A stretch of 51,040 nucleotides of DNA from the NCBI GenBank assembly GCA_964014485.1, contig CAXHAT010000030.1, forward strand, positions 1-51,040, read 5' to 3'. The DNA comes from an uncultured Deferribacteres bacterium. GTDB lineage: Bacteria; Zhuqueibacterota; Zhuqueibacteria; Zhuqueibacterales; Geothermadaptataceae. The position numbers and the translations under genes were made by a program. This document shows, in pieces, positions 19,019 through 29,563 of this stretch (positions are counted from its first letter, which is position 1; each line of letters opens with the position of its first letter). Under the pieces are notes generated by a model. That model was not told the DNA's origin and ran no database searches. It saw nothing but the letters and a program-made list of their open reading frames with translations.

Positions 19019-19855
19019 TCAGGCGGCAACAAAATGCTCTTCGGCGGGCTCAAAAAACTTGATCAGGCTTTGAAGTGAAGGAGCGATGAAATCCGGCTTG
19101 ATCTGTGAACGACCGAGTTGTTCTATGCTCGTATCGCCCGTCAGGAGCAGGACGTTGAGCAGATTGTGTGCATTGCCAAAAGCAATGTCGGTTCTCAGGC
19201 CGTCGCCAATGACGGCGATATCCTGCGCGCCGACGCCTGCGCGGCGCAGCAAGCCCTCCAACATCGGTGAAAAGGGCTTTCCCATAGCGATAGGTTTCAC
19301 CCCAGTCGCGGCGGTCAACGCAGCCGCGAGAGCGCCGCAATCCGGCATGTGTTGACCGTGCTCAATCGGGAAAGTCGGGTCAATGTGCGTCGCATAAAAA
19401 GGAACGCCGCGCTTCAAAAGGCGAACGCCGTGCGTCAGTCGGCTATAGTCAAAATCAAAATCGGAGCCGAGCACCAAAGCATCAGGCTTGTCGGGTTCAA
19501 TAATAAAGCCGTTCTCTTCAAAAAAACGAATGAGAGAATCCGTACCCAGCACGCATAAACGATGTCCGGGGCCGTAGTTGAGCAAGTATTCCACCGTTGC
19601 GTCAGCGGAAGTGTAGAGTGCGTCGCTTTCAACATCGAGACCGAAAAACGATAATTTTTGTAGATGATCGGAAGGAGAAAAAGATGAATTGTTGGTGTAA
19701 AGAATGTAGCTGCGCCCGGAAGTTTTGATATTCTCAAGAAGATCGGAAGCGTTTTGAAAAAGCGTGTTCCCCAAGTAAATAGTGCCGTCCAAGTCCAGTA
19801 CAATACACTCAATTGAGTCGAGTTTTTCTCTGAACTCCGTCTCGTTCAAGCTCAA
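19019..19855 (-). CDS. HAD-superfamily IIA hydrolase (NagD-like)
   Basis: Motifs DLDGTIY, TNNSS, MGKP and IGDGLRTDIAFG; TTG start with an AGGAGG RBS. Confidence 0.92.
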   Translation of the reverse strand: MSLNETEFREKLDSIECIVLDLDGTIYLGNTLFQNASDLLENIKTSGRSYILYTNNSSFSPSDHLQKLSFFGLDVESDALYTSADATVEYLLNYGPGHRLCVLGTDSLIRFFEENGFIIEPDKPDALVLGSDFDFDYSRLTHGVRLLKRGVPFYATHIDPTFPIEHGQHMPDCGALAAALTAATGVKPIAMGKPFSPMLEGLLRRAGVGAQDIAVIGDGLRTDIAFGNAHNLLNVLLLTGDTSIEQLGRSQIKPDFIAPSLQSLIKFFEPAEEHFVAA

Positions 19856-19973
19856 GACCCTCCTTGTAAATGATCAAAATCGATTGTTCATCGAACGCGG
19901 ACGAATATATCAGAACTGTCACTTATAAGCAAATCATTCTTTCGCAGCGCGCGACCAAGTGCTCGTTTATTAA

Positions 19974-19986
19974 CTGATGTTACGCG
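19974..19986. repeat. Solo MITE family A terminal repeat overlapping the folB stop codon
   Basis: CTGATGTTACGCG is identical to the family A TIR; no partner end was found nearby. Confidence 0.5.
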
Positions 19987-20354
19987 GCGTCTTTCCGGGA
20001 TCTTTTAATACGAACCGAAGCGTATTCCGCTCTCCCGGCCAAGGCGCGCGGCTTCTTGATTTTGATTTCCGCCTCTTCGATGACAGCGTGCTCAGAAAAA
20101 AGAAAGTCCGAAATTTCCACTGCCGCGGTTTCCAGAAGCAAATACTTTTTGGCCTGTATAAAGTCGATAATCTGGTTAGTTAAATGATCGTAATCAACGC
20201 TTTGGCCCAGATCGCCGGTTTTCACGACATCTGAAAAATCAAGTCCGAGAGCGACGTCGATGAACAGAGGCTGCTCATATTTGCGTTCCTCGGGCAAAAT
20301 GCCGACGATACAATCGATGCGTAAGTTTTTGATAAAAATTTCGTCCATTTTCAC
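19980..20354 (-). CDS. folB: Dihydroneopterin aldolase
   Basis: Motifs IFIKNL, VGILPEERKYEQPL, SVDYD, LLETAA and IKKPRAL. Confidence 0.92.
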   Translation of the reverse strand: MKMDEIFIKNLRIDCIVGILPEERKYEQPLFIDVALGLDFSDVVKTGDLGQSVDYDHLTNQIIDFIQAKKYLLLETAAVEISDFLFSEHAVIEEAEIKIKKPRALAGRAEYASVRIKRSRKDAA

Positions 20355-20740
20355 TCCCGTGACAAAAGTTTCGCCAGCTCAGACGCCGGGATTGCATAAA
20401 GATAACTTTTCGCGCTTCGCTTCAAATAGAAGCGCCTGCCGGACGGCGTTTTTTCCAGAAAATAGCATTCCCAACGCTCATCGCCGAAGGAGTTGAGCAA
20501 TTCGGTCAATTCATCGGGATCGTTGATCTCACTATCCACGATCTGGTATTCCCATGTCCCGATTTTCGAAAAGTCGCTCCTGACCCACTCCATAATATCC
20601 CCCGGGACATTCTCGCCCGCTTCTTTCGCTTCTTCGTACAGTTTTGTTGCTTTCTCCCAATATTCATCGCTCACGCTTTCGCCCTTGCAGGCGCAAAGCA
20701 ACAGCAAACTTGCCGTTAAGAAAATTGCATTTTTTTTCAT
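20351..20740 (-). CDS. Putative lipoprotein with DUF4177-like C-terminus
   Basis: ATG 20740, MKKNAIFLTASLLLLCAC (lipobox); WEYQIV...LNSFGDERWE...YLKR. Overlaps the folB start. Confidence 0.7.
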   Translation of the reverse strand: MKKNAIFLTASLLLLCACKGESVSDEYWEKATKLYEEAKEAGENVPGDIMEWVRSDFSKIGTWEYQIVDSEINDPDELTELLNSFGDERWECYFLEKTPSGRRFYLKRSAKSYLYAIPASELAKLLSRE

Positions 20741-20911
20741 GACGTCACCAATTTGAATTCGAGTAATTTTTAGGGATGAAACCGCCGCTAAAACCGGTTT
20801 GAAGAATTTGATCTGTTCGTTATCCTTTTGTGATGAATCATTTGTTGTCAGTCTATATTTAACCAAATATCATCAAAAACCGCCGGTTCGCCGGGCTTAC
20901 GGAGTCACCTC

Positions 20912-22471
20912 ATGAAAAGTCGCCGAATTCTATTTTTACTCACATCAACGCTTCTGGCGTTCAGCCTGGGCTCGCTAAAATCTCAGGAACAGAATTTCTT
21001 CTCTGAGTCAGATCAATTCTTCAAACAATACATTCGCAACGGACGCGTGGACTATAGCGCAATTTCGAAGCACCCCGCAGCTTTAAATGCGCTCGTGAGC
21101 CGCGTAGAAAATTTCGATCTTTCCGCGGCGCCTGACGCCAGCGCCCGCAAGGCCTTTTGGATTAACGCGTACAATATCCTCGTCATCAAAGGCATTGTGA
21201 ACGATTATCCAACCAAATCGCCGATGGATACGGGCGGCTTTTTTGACCGCAAAAAATACAACGCCGGCGGCGGGAAGCTAACGCTGAACGACATTGAAAA
21301 TAAAAAAATCCGTGCTGTTTATAAAGACGCGCGCATTCATTTCGTGCTTGTCTGTGCCGCGATAGGCTGCCCATCAATCATTCCCGGCGCTTATTTTCCG
21401 GAAACACTGGATAAACAACTTCAGGAGCGTACGGAAATTTCTCTCAACCAAAACCTGCATGTCCGGTTGGACAAGGCAAGCAAAAAAGTATTCGTTTCAG
21501 AAATTTTCAAATGGTATCGAGAAGATTTTGTCACGGGCGGAAGCACCGTCATCGAATACATCAACCGGTTCCGCGAAGATAAAATCCCGGCAAATTTCAG
21601 CGTGGATTACACGCCTTACGATTGGCGTCTAAATGAGGCGAAAAACGGCTCCAACGGCGCGCAATCAAACGATTTTAGCGGCGATTTGAATTTGCAGTCT
21701 TACACGCCGTCAACACTTCTGGCGCAGGGCGAGATTGAGGTCAAAATTTTCAACAACCTGTATACGCAGACCGCATTTTTTGACGACGGCCGTAACAAAA
21801 CGGACGCGGGCGGGCGCTCGTCTTTTTTCACCGGCATCGGCGCTGTTTTGTACGGGATCAATCGAACCGTGAACATCGGTGCGGACGTTTATTTTAAATC
21901 CGTCGCAAATGAACCCGCGGATTCATCACCGTTTTCCGTTCTGAGTTTTTCCGGCGGCGAAAATGCGCGCACAACCATTGGCTCCATCGCGCCCAAAGTA
22001 AAAATCTCGCCCTTCAAAAAACTGAGAAATCTGGCTATCCAAACTACCGTGGTGATTCCCGTTGCGTCCGATCTCGAAGGCCTCAGCAACGGCGGGCCGT
22101 TCGTCGATTTTGATGACGTTCAGTGGTGGACGCAGGCTTTTTTTGACCACAGTTTCAATCGCAAGTTTTTGGCCTATTTTGAAGGCGGAACGTTCGTGCG
22201 CTTCGATGAGGAAAGCACGTCTTTTCAAACGCCGGTAAAAGCGTTTTTGAATTACTACCCTTCGAAAAAAACAACCGCCTATTTCCAGGCGGAATTTGGC
22301 CCGTCGTGGAGCGGACTTTCGATCTCCAGTTTTTATTCTCAGACAGGATTTGGGGCAAAATATCAGCTCACGCCCGGGTTTGAAATCGAGGGGCTTTACA
22401 CGATTTTCCCGGCGGGTAAAAATGCTGGCGCCGGAAGAACTTTTAATCTGGGATTTCGCGTTATTCGATAG
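20912..22471 (+). CDS. DUF547 domain fused to a putative outer-membrane beta-barrel
   Basis: Signal peptide; GRVDY, AFWINAYN, DARIHFVLVCAAIGCP, SEIFKWYREDF and YDWRLN (DUF547). The C-terminal half has alternating beta strands and ends FNLGFRVIR. Confidence 0.85.
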   Translation: MKSRRILFLLTSTLLAFSLGSLKSQEQNFFSESDQFFKQYIRNGRVDYSAISKHPAALNALVSRVENFDLSAAPDASARKAFWINAYNILVIKGIVNDYPTKSPMDTGGFFDRKKYNAGGGKLTLNDIENKKIRAVYKDARIHFVLVCAAIGCPSIIPGAYFPETLDKQLQERTEISLNQNLHVRLDKASKKVFVSEIFKWYREDFVTGGSTVIEYINRFREDKIPANFSVDYTPYDWRLNEAKNGSNGAQSNDFSGDLNLQSYTPSTLLAQGEIEVKIFNNLYTQTAFFDDGRNKTDAGGRSSFFTGIGAVLYGINRTVNIGADVYFKSVANEPADSSPFSVLSFSGGENARTTIGSIAPKVKISPFKKLRNLAIQTTVVIPVASDLEGLSNGGPFVDFDDVQWWTQAFFDHSFNRKFLAYFEGGTFVRFDEESTSFQTPVKAFLNYYPSKKTTAYFQAEFGPSWSGLSISSFYSQTGFGAKYQLTPGFEIEGLYTIFPAGKNAGAGRTFNLGFRVIR

Positions 22472-22552
22472 GTTTTGGTTGTCAGCGAAATGCAATTTTG
22501 TATTATCGTGAACCGAAGACCGGCTTTTTGAAAACGACAGGTTCACGAAAAG

Positions 22553-23746
22553 ATGCAACTGACAACCCCCTTCCATTCCCGCACTTCCGCCCTCTGCAAA
22601 AGCTATGAATGGCGGCACTGGTCGCACTATGTTAGCCCCGCAATGTATGAGCACTCGCACGAACGCGAGTATTACGCCATTCGCAATTCCGCGGCTTTGA
22701 TCGACGTCTCCCCGCTTTTTAAATATGAAATTTCCGGCCCGGATGCGACGCGTCTGGTCAATCGCATCATCCCCCGCAATGCTGAAAAATGCGCCGTTGG
22801 CCAAATTTTTTACACGCCCTGGTGTGATGACGCCGGGAAAATTCTGGATGACGGCACGGTATCGCGATTAGGCGAGAATCATTGGCGCATCACTTCCGCC
22901 GATCCAAACTTGCGTTGGTTTCAAGACTGCGGGTATCAGATGAATGTCCAGATCGAAGACGTCACGATGATGCTGGCTGCACTTTCCTTGCAAGGCCCGC
23001 TGTCACGCGCCGTTTTGCAAGAACTCACGCCGAAAGACGCAGAAATCGAGAAATTGAAATTCTTTCGACTCATTGAAACACAGATTGAAAAAACACCCGT
23101 CACGATCTCAAGAACCGGCTACACGGGAGATTTGGGCTACGAAATCTGGACAAAGGCGGAGGACGCGGAAAATCTGTGGGACGCCATTTTCAAATGCGGG
23201 CGGAAATACGGATTACTACCTACCGGATTGGTTGCGATGGACATTGCGCGCATCGAGGCCGGATTGCTCCTAATCGACGTTGATTATATTCCGGCCAGAA
23301 AAGCGTTGATCGAATCACAAAAATCATCGCCTTTCGAAGCGGGGCTGGGATGGACGGTGAAACTGGACAAAGGGGACTTTGTCGGCAAGCGCGCTTTGGT
23401 GAAAGAAAAAGATGAAGGTTCGTTTTGGGCTTTTGTCGGCTTGGAAGCGAACTGGGAGCAACTGGAAAGCTTGCACGATGAGTTTGATCTTCCGCCTTCG
23501 GTCGCCGGGCGCGCTTCGCGGCTGGCTGTTCCCGTTTATTCGGGGCAAAAACAGGTTGGCCAGGCGACAAGCAGCGCCTTCTCCCCGATTCTTAAAAAGT
23601 TTATCGCTCTCGCAACGATAGAATCAAAATACGCCAAGCCGGGAGTCAAATTGGAGCTGGAATTTACAGTGAATTACATGCGAAAACGCGTTAGCATGGC
23701 TCTGGCGAAAACGCCGTTTTTTGATCCGCCGCGTAAAAGAAAATAG
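22553..23746 (+). CDS. GcvT-family aminomethyltransferase-like protein
   Basis: Motifs TPFH, EYYAIRNSAALIDVSPL, SLQGP, SRTGYTGDLGYEI, RIEAG and PFFDPPRKR. Confidence 0.92.
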   Translation: MQLTTPFHSRTSALCKSYEWRHWSHYVSPAMYEHSHEREYYAIRNSAALIDVSPLFKYEISGPDATRLVNRIIPRNAEKCAVGQIFYTPWCDDAGKILDDGTVSRLGENHWRITSADPNLRWFQDCGYQMNVQIEDVTMMLAALSLQGPLSRAVLQELTPKDAEIEKLKFFRLIETQIEKTPVTISRTGYTGDLGYEIWTKAEDAENLWDAIFKCGRKYGLLPTGLVAMDIARIEAGLLLIDVDYIPARKALIESQKSSPFEAGLGWTVKLDKGDFVGKRALVKEKDEGSFWAFVGLEANWEQLESLHDEFDLPPSVAGRASRLAVPVYSGQKQVGQATSSAFSPILKKFIALATIESKYAKPGVKLELEFTVNYMRKRVSMALAKTPFFDPPRKRK

Positions 23747-23836
23747 TGCCTGCGAATCACCGGCATTCCTTGCTTTTTACCCTCCGCCCCGCTATCTTGG
23801 CGCCCTTATTTTCAGAAAACAATTCGAAGCGGTTAT

Positions 23837-25036
23837 ATGGACCACAAAACGTTTTTTAGGAAGCTCGACTTTGTTCTGACTCAAATCAGCAGCAACAAGT
23901 CGGAGCATGATCTTTTGTATACGATCGTCAAGGAATTGGAACAGGTCTTCGGCGACGATTTACATTTGAAGAACGGGAGAATTTACGAGGAAGACGCCGG
24001 CGGTTATCACTTAGTAAATCCGCCGGAATCAACGGACGGAACGGCCGCCCCATGGCTGCCGATGACTTCAAAAGCCGTCACTAACGTGCTAAAAAACGGC
24101 GTTTACATTTTTGACGACCCGCAGTTCTCAATCGATACGGGAATCAGCAGACAATTGGAGTACGCCATTCCCGCAGCAATTGAAGTGCATAGCCCGGAAG
24201 AAAAATGGATTTTCGTTTTTGAGCTCAAAAGCGGCTGGGCGCGAGAGCAAGTGGAATTGACCTTGAACGCGGTCCGAACCATGCTCAATTATCGGCTGGC
24301 TTCAGATGCGATTGAAGGCGAAATCCAGCGTGCGGCTATGATCCAGGCCAGTTTGCTCCCGGCGTATCCTCCAAAAGTAGAAGGCTATGACATCGCAGGA
24401 AAATCAGTGCCCGCAGAGATCGTCGGCGGTGATTTGATCGACTACTTCGTTTTTGACGATGATATTTTCGGCGTAACGCTGGGCGACGCCAGCGGCCACG
24501 GCTTGCCTGCCGCGCTTCTGGTTCGAGACGTCGTCACCGGCTTGCGCATGGGGCTTGAAAAAGAAATGAAGATGGCCTACACGATCAAAAAGTTGAACAG
24601 CGTCATCCACAGGAGTACCTTCTCAAGCGGTTTTATCTCCTTATTCTACGGGGAGCTCGAAAAAAGCGGTAATATGATTTACATCAATGCCGGACACCCG
24701 CCGCCGTTTCTAGTCAGCGGCGAAAAGACCGTGGAATTGAAAGCGACCGGAATGATTTTGGGCGCGCTGCCGGAATTAAGCATCCACCGCGAACTCATTC
24801 ACATGCCCGCTGAATCCGTCCTGGTAATCTTTAGCGACGGCGTTTTTGAACGCGAAGATTCAGACGGGGAGTTGTTTGGGCTGGAGCGGTTAAAAGCCTG
24901 CGTTATCGAAAATCAGCATAAAACCGCCGCCGAAATCCTGGAGTTGATTTTTTCGGCGGCGAAAGACTTTGGGGATTCGCCCAAATGGCAAGATGATGCG
25001 ACAGTTGTTGTCGTTAAAAGACAAAACTGCGAATAA
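23837..25036 (+). CDS. PP2C/SpoIIE-family serine phosphatase (RsbU-like)
   Basis: Motifs IQASLLP, VGGDLID, GDASGHGLPAAL, NAGHPPP, FSDGVFE and DDATVVV. Confidence 0.92.
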   Translation: MDHKTFFRKLDFVLTQISSNKSEHDLLYTIVKELEQVFGDDLHLKNGRIYEEDAGGYHLVNPPESTDGTAAPWLPMTSKAVTNVLKNGVYIFDDPQFSIDTGISRQLEYAIPAAIEVHSPEEKWIFVFELKSGWAREQVELTLNAVRTMLNYRLASDAIEGEIQRAAMIQASLLPAYPPKVEGYDIAGKSVPAEIVGGDLIDYFVFDDDIFGVTLGDASGHGLPAALLVRDVVTGLRMGLEKEMKMAYTIKKLNSVIHRSTFSSGFISLFYGELEKSGNMIYINAGHPPPFLVSGEKTVELKATGMILGALPELSIHRELIHMPAESVLVIFSDGVFEREDSDGELFGLERLKACVIENQHKTAAEILELIFSAAKDFGDSPKWQDDATVVVVKRQNCE

Positions 25037-25124
25037 ACCGTCTGCTATTCACTGAGAGGTTGCGTATATAACTTCTGAAAAGAGTTAACTCGCATTTTTT
25101 TTCAAAGGATTGAAGCATCGCACC

Positions 25125-26543
25125 ATGAAATTCAGCAAAATCCTTTTTGGGGGCGTCTCCCTCATTTTAGCCAGCCTTCCTTTCAAAATCGGACATGCGC
25201 AAGTCACCTTTAACGGCGGCGGTGATTTGGTTTATGTCCAACCGGCTTACACTTTGCCTGCGGGCCGCTGGACGATCATGCCGCATTCGCGTGTTTATTT
25301 TGCGCGTCAAAACAACATTAATTTCTTTGATATCACTGGTTTGTTGAGCGCGAATTACGCGCCCAAAGATCGCGTCGAGTTCTTTACAAACGTGATTTAT
25401 TATCAAGATATCAATCAAGCTTCGCCGGTGACGAACACCCCTGATAAACTTTTCCTGGGTTTTAAGCTCGGCTCAATTTCACCGAAAGGCAGCCCCTTCA
25501 TTTTTGGCTTACAAGTCGCGGGGCGCATTCCGCTTTCAAACAACCAAAACATCCCTTTCCAGCCCTATAGTTTCAAACGCGTCGCCTTGGGCGCCAATGC
25601 GCTTTTTACTTATGCAGTGAATCGTTTTTTCCCGCAGGACGCAGCCGCGTTCAACTTAAATTTCGGCTATTGGAATCACAACGATAAGGGCGTGATTGGC
25701 AGCTTTGAGCAAGGACTGCCCGTTTTTTTGAACAGCCCCTCGCAGGAACTTGTTTATGGCGCGGGCTTTACTTTTAGAAGGCGCGTTGCTGATTTTTCGT
25801 TGGAAGTTACTGGCAACAAATTTATTTCTTCACCGCCAACTTTTGCTCACAGCCGAGAATCTTACCTGTATCTTTCGCCTGCCGTTCACGTTAAATTGGG
25901 TTCGCGATTCGTCTTGACCGGCGGCGTAGACGTCAAACTTACGGAACAAGCCGACGGAACCGACTATACGCTGACGCCAAGCACATTTTTGAGCGGTCAG
26001 GATAACTATTCAGACTTTCGGATAAACATCGGGGTAAAAGTTTCTAATTTCCAGGTAACGAAAAATCGGCTGATGAAAGAAGCTTACACGTTGCGCGATC
26101 CTCGATATTACCTGCTCCGCTTCAACAGCTTGTACGAAAAGCTGAGAGAAAAGGAAGGCGTTCCGGCGGGGCAAAACGGCGAGTCGGATAGAAGACGTCA
26201 ATTCATGCTCTGGCAATTTCGCCTGGAAGGAAACCCGCATTACTATATCATTCACGAAGGCTCCAAAAGCTACATGCACGTGAGCTGGCTGCGTGAAGAC
26301 ACGACAGCCGCGTGTGAACGGCTGACCTGGAAGCTTTCTTACAAGGGCACGCAAATTGGAACCGGCGAAACCGAACTTGACGATAGCGAGATTGCGACGT
26401 TCCAGGTGCCGCTGCAAAAAAGCTATCGGCCGGGCGTGTATGACCTGAGCGCCGTCTGCGTTCACGATGACGGAGAAAACGAAAAATTTACCGCATCCTT
26501 TCATTTGAAAGAACTCAGCCAGCGCACAATTGGCAAGCGTTAG
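25125..26543 (+). CDS. Hypothetical exported protein, probable outer-membrane beta-barrel with C-terminal extension
   Basis: Signal peptide ending GHA-Q; aromatic-rich amphipathic strands up to FRINIGVKV, then a soluble C-terminal region. Confidence 0.6.
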   Translation: MKFSKILFGGVSLILASLPFKIGHAQVTFNGGGDLVYVQPAYTLPAGRWTIMPHSRVYFARQNNINFFDITGLLSANYAPKDRVEFFTNVIYYQDINQASPVTNTPDKLFLGFKLGSISPKGSPFIFGLQVAGRIPLSNNQNIPFQPYSFKRVALGANALFTYAVNRFFPQDAAAFNLNFGYWNHNDKGVIGSFEQGLPVFLNSPSQELVYGAGFTFRRRVADFSLEVTGNKFISSPPTFAHSRESYLYLSPAVHVKLGSRFVLTGGVDVKLTEQADGTDYTLTPSTFLSGQDNYSDFRINIGVKVSNFQVTKNRLMKEAYTLRDPRYYLLRFNSLYEKLREKEGVPAGQNGESDRRRQFMLWQFRLEGNPHYYIIHEGSKSYMHVSWLREDTTAACERLTWKLSYKGTQIGTGETELDDSEIATFQVPLQKSYRPGVYDLSAVCVHDDGENEKFTASFHLKELSQRTIGKR

Positions 26544-26872
26544 CACAGATTTTATAGTCTTCGAAAGTGGCCAATTATTTACCGGTCGCGTTGATTTGCA
26601 CGTTTTTCAACTATATCATGAGTTTTTGCGAAAATCGTCGATATTCGCAACACAAAGTTGGTTTATTGTTTTTTAAAGCTTTGGAGCACATTTCTGACAA
26701 GCAGACCCAAACGCCGCTTCGTGGATTGGTTTTTGCTTAACTCCTGTGAAAATTACTTCTACTCGCACTCGCAAAGGCCAAGAAACAGCGTTCAGATCAC
26801 CCGGAATAGATATTGAGCGCGATAAAAAGAGCGTAATGTGTAATTATTACGCTAGTATGCGGGAGGAAAATC

Positions 26873-27418
26873 ATGCGCAGTTGGAAAAGAAAAACGGTTT
26901 ATTTTTGCACAACGACTATTCTTCTGGCGCTCTTTCTAACATTCAGCCAGAGCTTCGCGGCAGAGCGTAACACCTCTGCGCAGGCGTTAAGCCTCAAAGA
27001 TTTTATAAAGTCGGGACTCTCAAAACAAATCGGGCAAACAAAAGAACAGATTTTCGCCGAGCTTGGCGCGCCGCAAAGCCTGACCTCGAGAGCGATCAGA
27101 AACATCCATTACCCAAAAAGCTCGGATCAAATTCACACGCTGACTTATGACGGACTGCAAATTATTCTTTACGAATCATCCGTCTCAAAACAACAATTTG
27201 TTGTTTCCATAGCCATTGAAAACCCAGCCATCAACACCAAACTTGGCCCTAAAGTAGGTTCCCAAAAAGATGTGGTGCTTGCCATGCTTGGAACCCCGAA
27301 AAGGATGACCTCCCGCCAACTTGTCTATTACGATCACGAAAACGGTTCAAGCAGCGTTTCTTTTGCCTTAGCCGATAACAAGGTTAGAGAAATTCGCTGG
27401 GACTACCATTTCGAATAA
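26873..27418 (+). CDS. Hypothetical exported protein
   Basis: RBS GGAGG; signal peptide; internal duplication IGQTKEQIFAELGAP / VGSQKDVVLAMLGTP. Confidence 0.7.
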   Translation: MRSWKRKTVYFCTTTILLALFLTFSQSFAAERNTSAQALSLKDFIKSGLSKQIGQTKEQIFAELGAPQSLTSRAIRNIHYPKSSDQIHTLTYDGLQIILYESSVSKQQFVVSIAIENPAINTKLGPKVGSQKDVVLAMLGTPKRMTSRQLVYYDHENGSSSVSFALADNKVREIRWDYHFE

Positions 27419-27469
27419 TGCCAGGATGGGGGTCTTAGGAAGAGACTGCAATAACAAGTTCATTTGATC

Positions 27470-27501
27470 AAAAGCCCCGAGCAGGAAGTCGGGGCTTTTT
27501 T
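27470..27501. terminator. Rho-independent terminator, probably bidirectional
   Basis: AAAAGCCCCGA-gcaggaag-TCGGGGCTTTTTT. Confidence 0.85.
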
Positions 27502-27638
27502 ATTGCCGTCCCCAACAGAAAAAGTTATCATTCGTAACCAAAGCGGTTCTCATGCGTAGACAGCGTCTCGTCGCGGCAATAGTTCCGCGCACGCCGTTTT
27601 TCAGCACGATGATTTAAACCCATTTGGAGGTTTCGCAT

Positions 27639-27866
27639 TTGAACGAACGATCGGTCGCAATCGCATATATTCTCTGGTTCTTTTTTGGCGTATTAGGCAT
27701 CCATCGCTTCTATGCCGGAAAAACCGTAACCGGCGTGATCTGGCTCATCACTGGCGGTCTGTTCCTGGTAGGCTGGTTGATTGACCTTTTTCTCATCCCC
27801 GGCATGGTTGAAACTTACAATCTTAGCCTTCGCGTCTCAAAATTGGAAACCCGTCCCGCTCAATGA
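27639..27866 (+). CDS. TM2-domain membrane protein
   Basis: AYILWFFFGVLGIHRFYAGK...GWLIDLFLIP. TTG 27639 is preferred as start because GGAGG lies 8 nt upstream. Confidence 0.9.
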   Translation: MNERSVAIAYILWFFFGVLGIHRFYAGKTVTGVIWLITGGLFLVGWLIDLFLIPGMVETYNLSLRVSKLETRPAQ

Positions 27867-29524
27867 TCACGCGTCGCAGATTCCTAAAATCCACTGCTTC
27901 CGGCGGCGCATCCTTCGCGCTCTTTGCAATCGGCTGCTCGAAATCTTCTGACTTTGATCTCATTTTGCGCCAGGGTCTCGTCTGCGACGGAAAGGGAAAT
28001 GAGATCATCCAAAGCGATGTCGGCGTATCGGGGGGCAGAATTACCGCAATCGGCGATCTTTCTTCAAAAAAGGCCCGCCAAACCATTTCCGCAAAAAACA
28101 GAATCATATCTCCCGGATTTATAGATATTCACTCGCACAGCGACGTCCGGCTTTTGGTTGACGGCAACGCACAATCAAAAATCCGCCAAGGCGTAACTAC
28201 CGAAATCGTCGGGCAGGACGGCGGATCCGTTGCGCCGCTTAACGCCGAAATGCGCGCTTCACAACGTGAGTCGCTTCTGAAAAGCTACGGCATCGACGGC
28301 GATTGGGAAAATTTCTCACAATATTTTAAGCAGATCAGAGCGCAAGGCGTTTCCGTCAACCTTGCGACGATGGTTGGAGCCGGCACACTGCGTAAATATG
28401 TCATTGGCTATGAAAATCGCCCGGCGACGCCTGAAGAGTTGCAAGAAATGCAGAAGCTTCTGCAGCTCAGCCTGGAACAGGGCGCGCGCCATATCTCAAC
28501 TGGATTAGAATACACTCCCGGGAGCTTCGCATCACAAGATGAATTGACGCAGCTCTGCAGAATCCTGCCGAATGATCAAGTCTACGCCAGCCATATGCGC
28601 AACGAAGATGACGCCCTGGAAGAAGCTGTCGAAGAAGCAATCCAAATCGCGAAGAATGGCGGCGTTCGATTGAACATCAGCCATTTGAAAGCGCAGGGGC
28701 AAAGAAATTGGCACAGACTGGACTCAGTACTCGAACGAATGGAAAAGGCGCGTCAAGCCGGAATGCAAGTGACTTGCGACCGTTATCCTTACGTGGCTTA
28801 CAGCACGGGATTGTCCAATTTATTTCCACTCTGGGCGCGCGAAAACGGCGGCGACGCTTTTGTGGAGCGTTTGAATAATCCAGAATTTGATTCACAAATT
28901 CGCCAGTACGTCGATTCGAAAATCACTTCATTGGGTTCATGGAATTCCGTGCTTATTTCAAGCCTTAGCGGCGCTGAAAATAAAGCGTTTGAAGGGAAAC
29001 GATTGGGTGAGGTGGCGGCGGAATTGAACCAGGGACCTTACAACTTCCTAAAAAAGTTGGTCATATCTCAAAACGGCGGCGGAGGCATGGTCGGCTTTGG
29101 AATGAGCGAAGAAAACACGTCTCGATTGTTAGCCCATCCGTTTACAATCGTCGCTTCGGACGGTTCGGCGCGCGCCGTCGAAGGGCCCTTGGCGAAAGGA
29201 AGCCCTCATCCGCGAAATTTTGGTACGTTTCCGCGCGTTTTGGGACGGTACGTTCGCGAACAAAAAATCATGTCTCTCGAAGAAGCCGTTCGAAAAATGA
29301 CGTCTCTCCCGGCGCAAGTCATGGGCATTAAAAATCGCGGCGTCATTGAAGTCGGCGCATGGGCGGACCTGGTCGTTTTCGATCCCGACACAGTCATTGA
29401 TAAAGCAACTTTTAACGAGCCAAAACAATATCCTGAGGGGATTGATTCAGTCATTGTAAACGGGGTTCCTGTATTTCATGATGGACAACACTCAGGCAAC
29501 AAGCCGGGCAAGATACTCATCTGA
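27863..29524 (+). CDS. N-acyl-D-amino-acid deacylase family amidohydrolase, Tat lipoprotein
   Basis: TRRRFLK Tat motif plus AIGC lipobox; PGFIDIHSHSD, SHMRNE, HPRNFGTFPRVLG and ADLVVFD. Confidence 0.93.
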   Translation: MITRRRFLKSTASGGASFALFAIGCSKSSDFDLILRQGLVCDGKGNEIIQSDVGVSGGRITAIGDLSSKKARQTISAKNRIISPGFIDIHSHSDVRLLVDGNAQSKIRQGVTTEIVGQDGGSVAPLNAEMRASQRESLLKSYGIDGDWENFSQYFKQIRAQGVSVNLATMVGAGTLRKYVIGYENRPATPEELQEMQKLLQLSLEQGARHISTGLEYTPGSFASQDELTQLCRILPNDQVYASHMRNEDDALEEAVEEAIQIAKNGGVRLNISHLKAQGQRNWHRLDSVLERMEKARQAGMQVTCDRYPYVAYSTGLSNLFPLWARENGGDAFVERLNNPEFDSQIRQYVDSKITSLGSWNSVLISSLSGAENKAFEGKRLGEVAAELNQGPYNFLKKLVISQNGGGGMVGFGMSEENTSRLLAHPFTIVASDGSARAVEGPLAKGSPHPRNFGTFPRVLGRYVREQKIMSLEEAVRKMTSLPAQVMGIKNRGVIEVGAWADLVVFDPDTVIDKATFNEPKQYPEGIDSVIVNGVPVFHDGQHSGNKPGKILI

Positions 29525-29563
29525 TAATTTCGCAATCACCAACCAACTTCTATTTTTCCTAAA

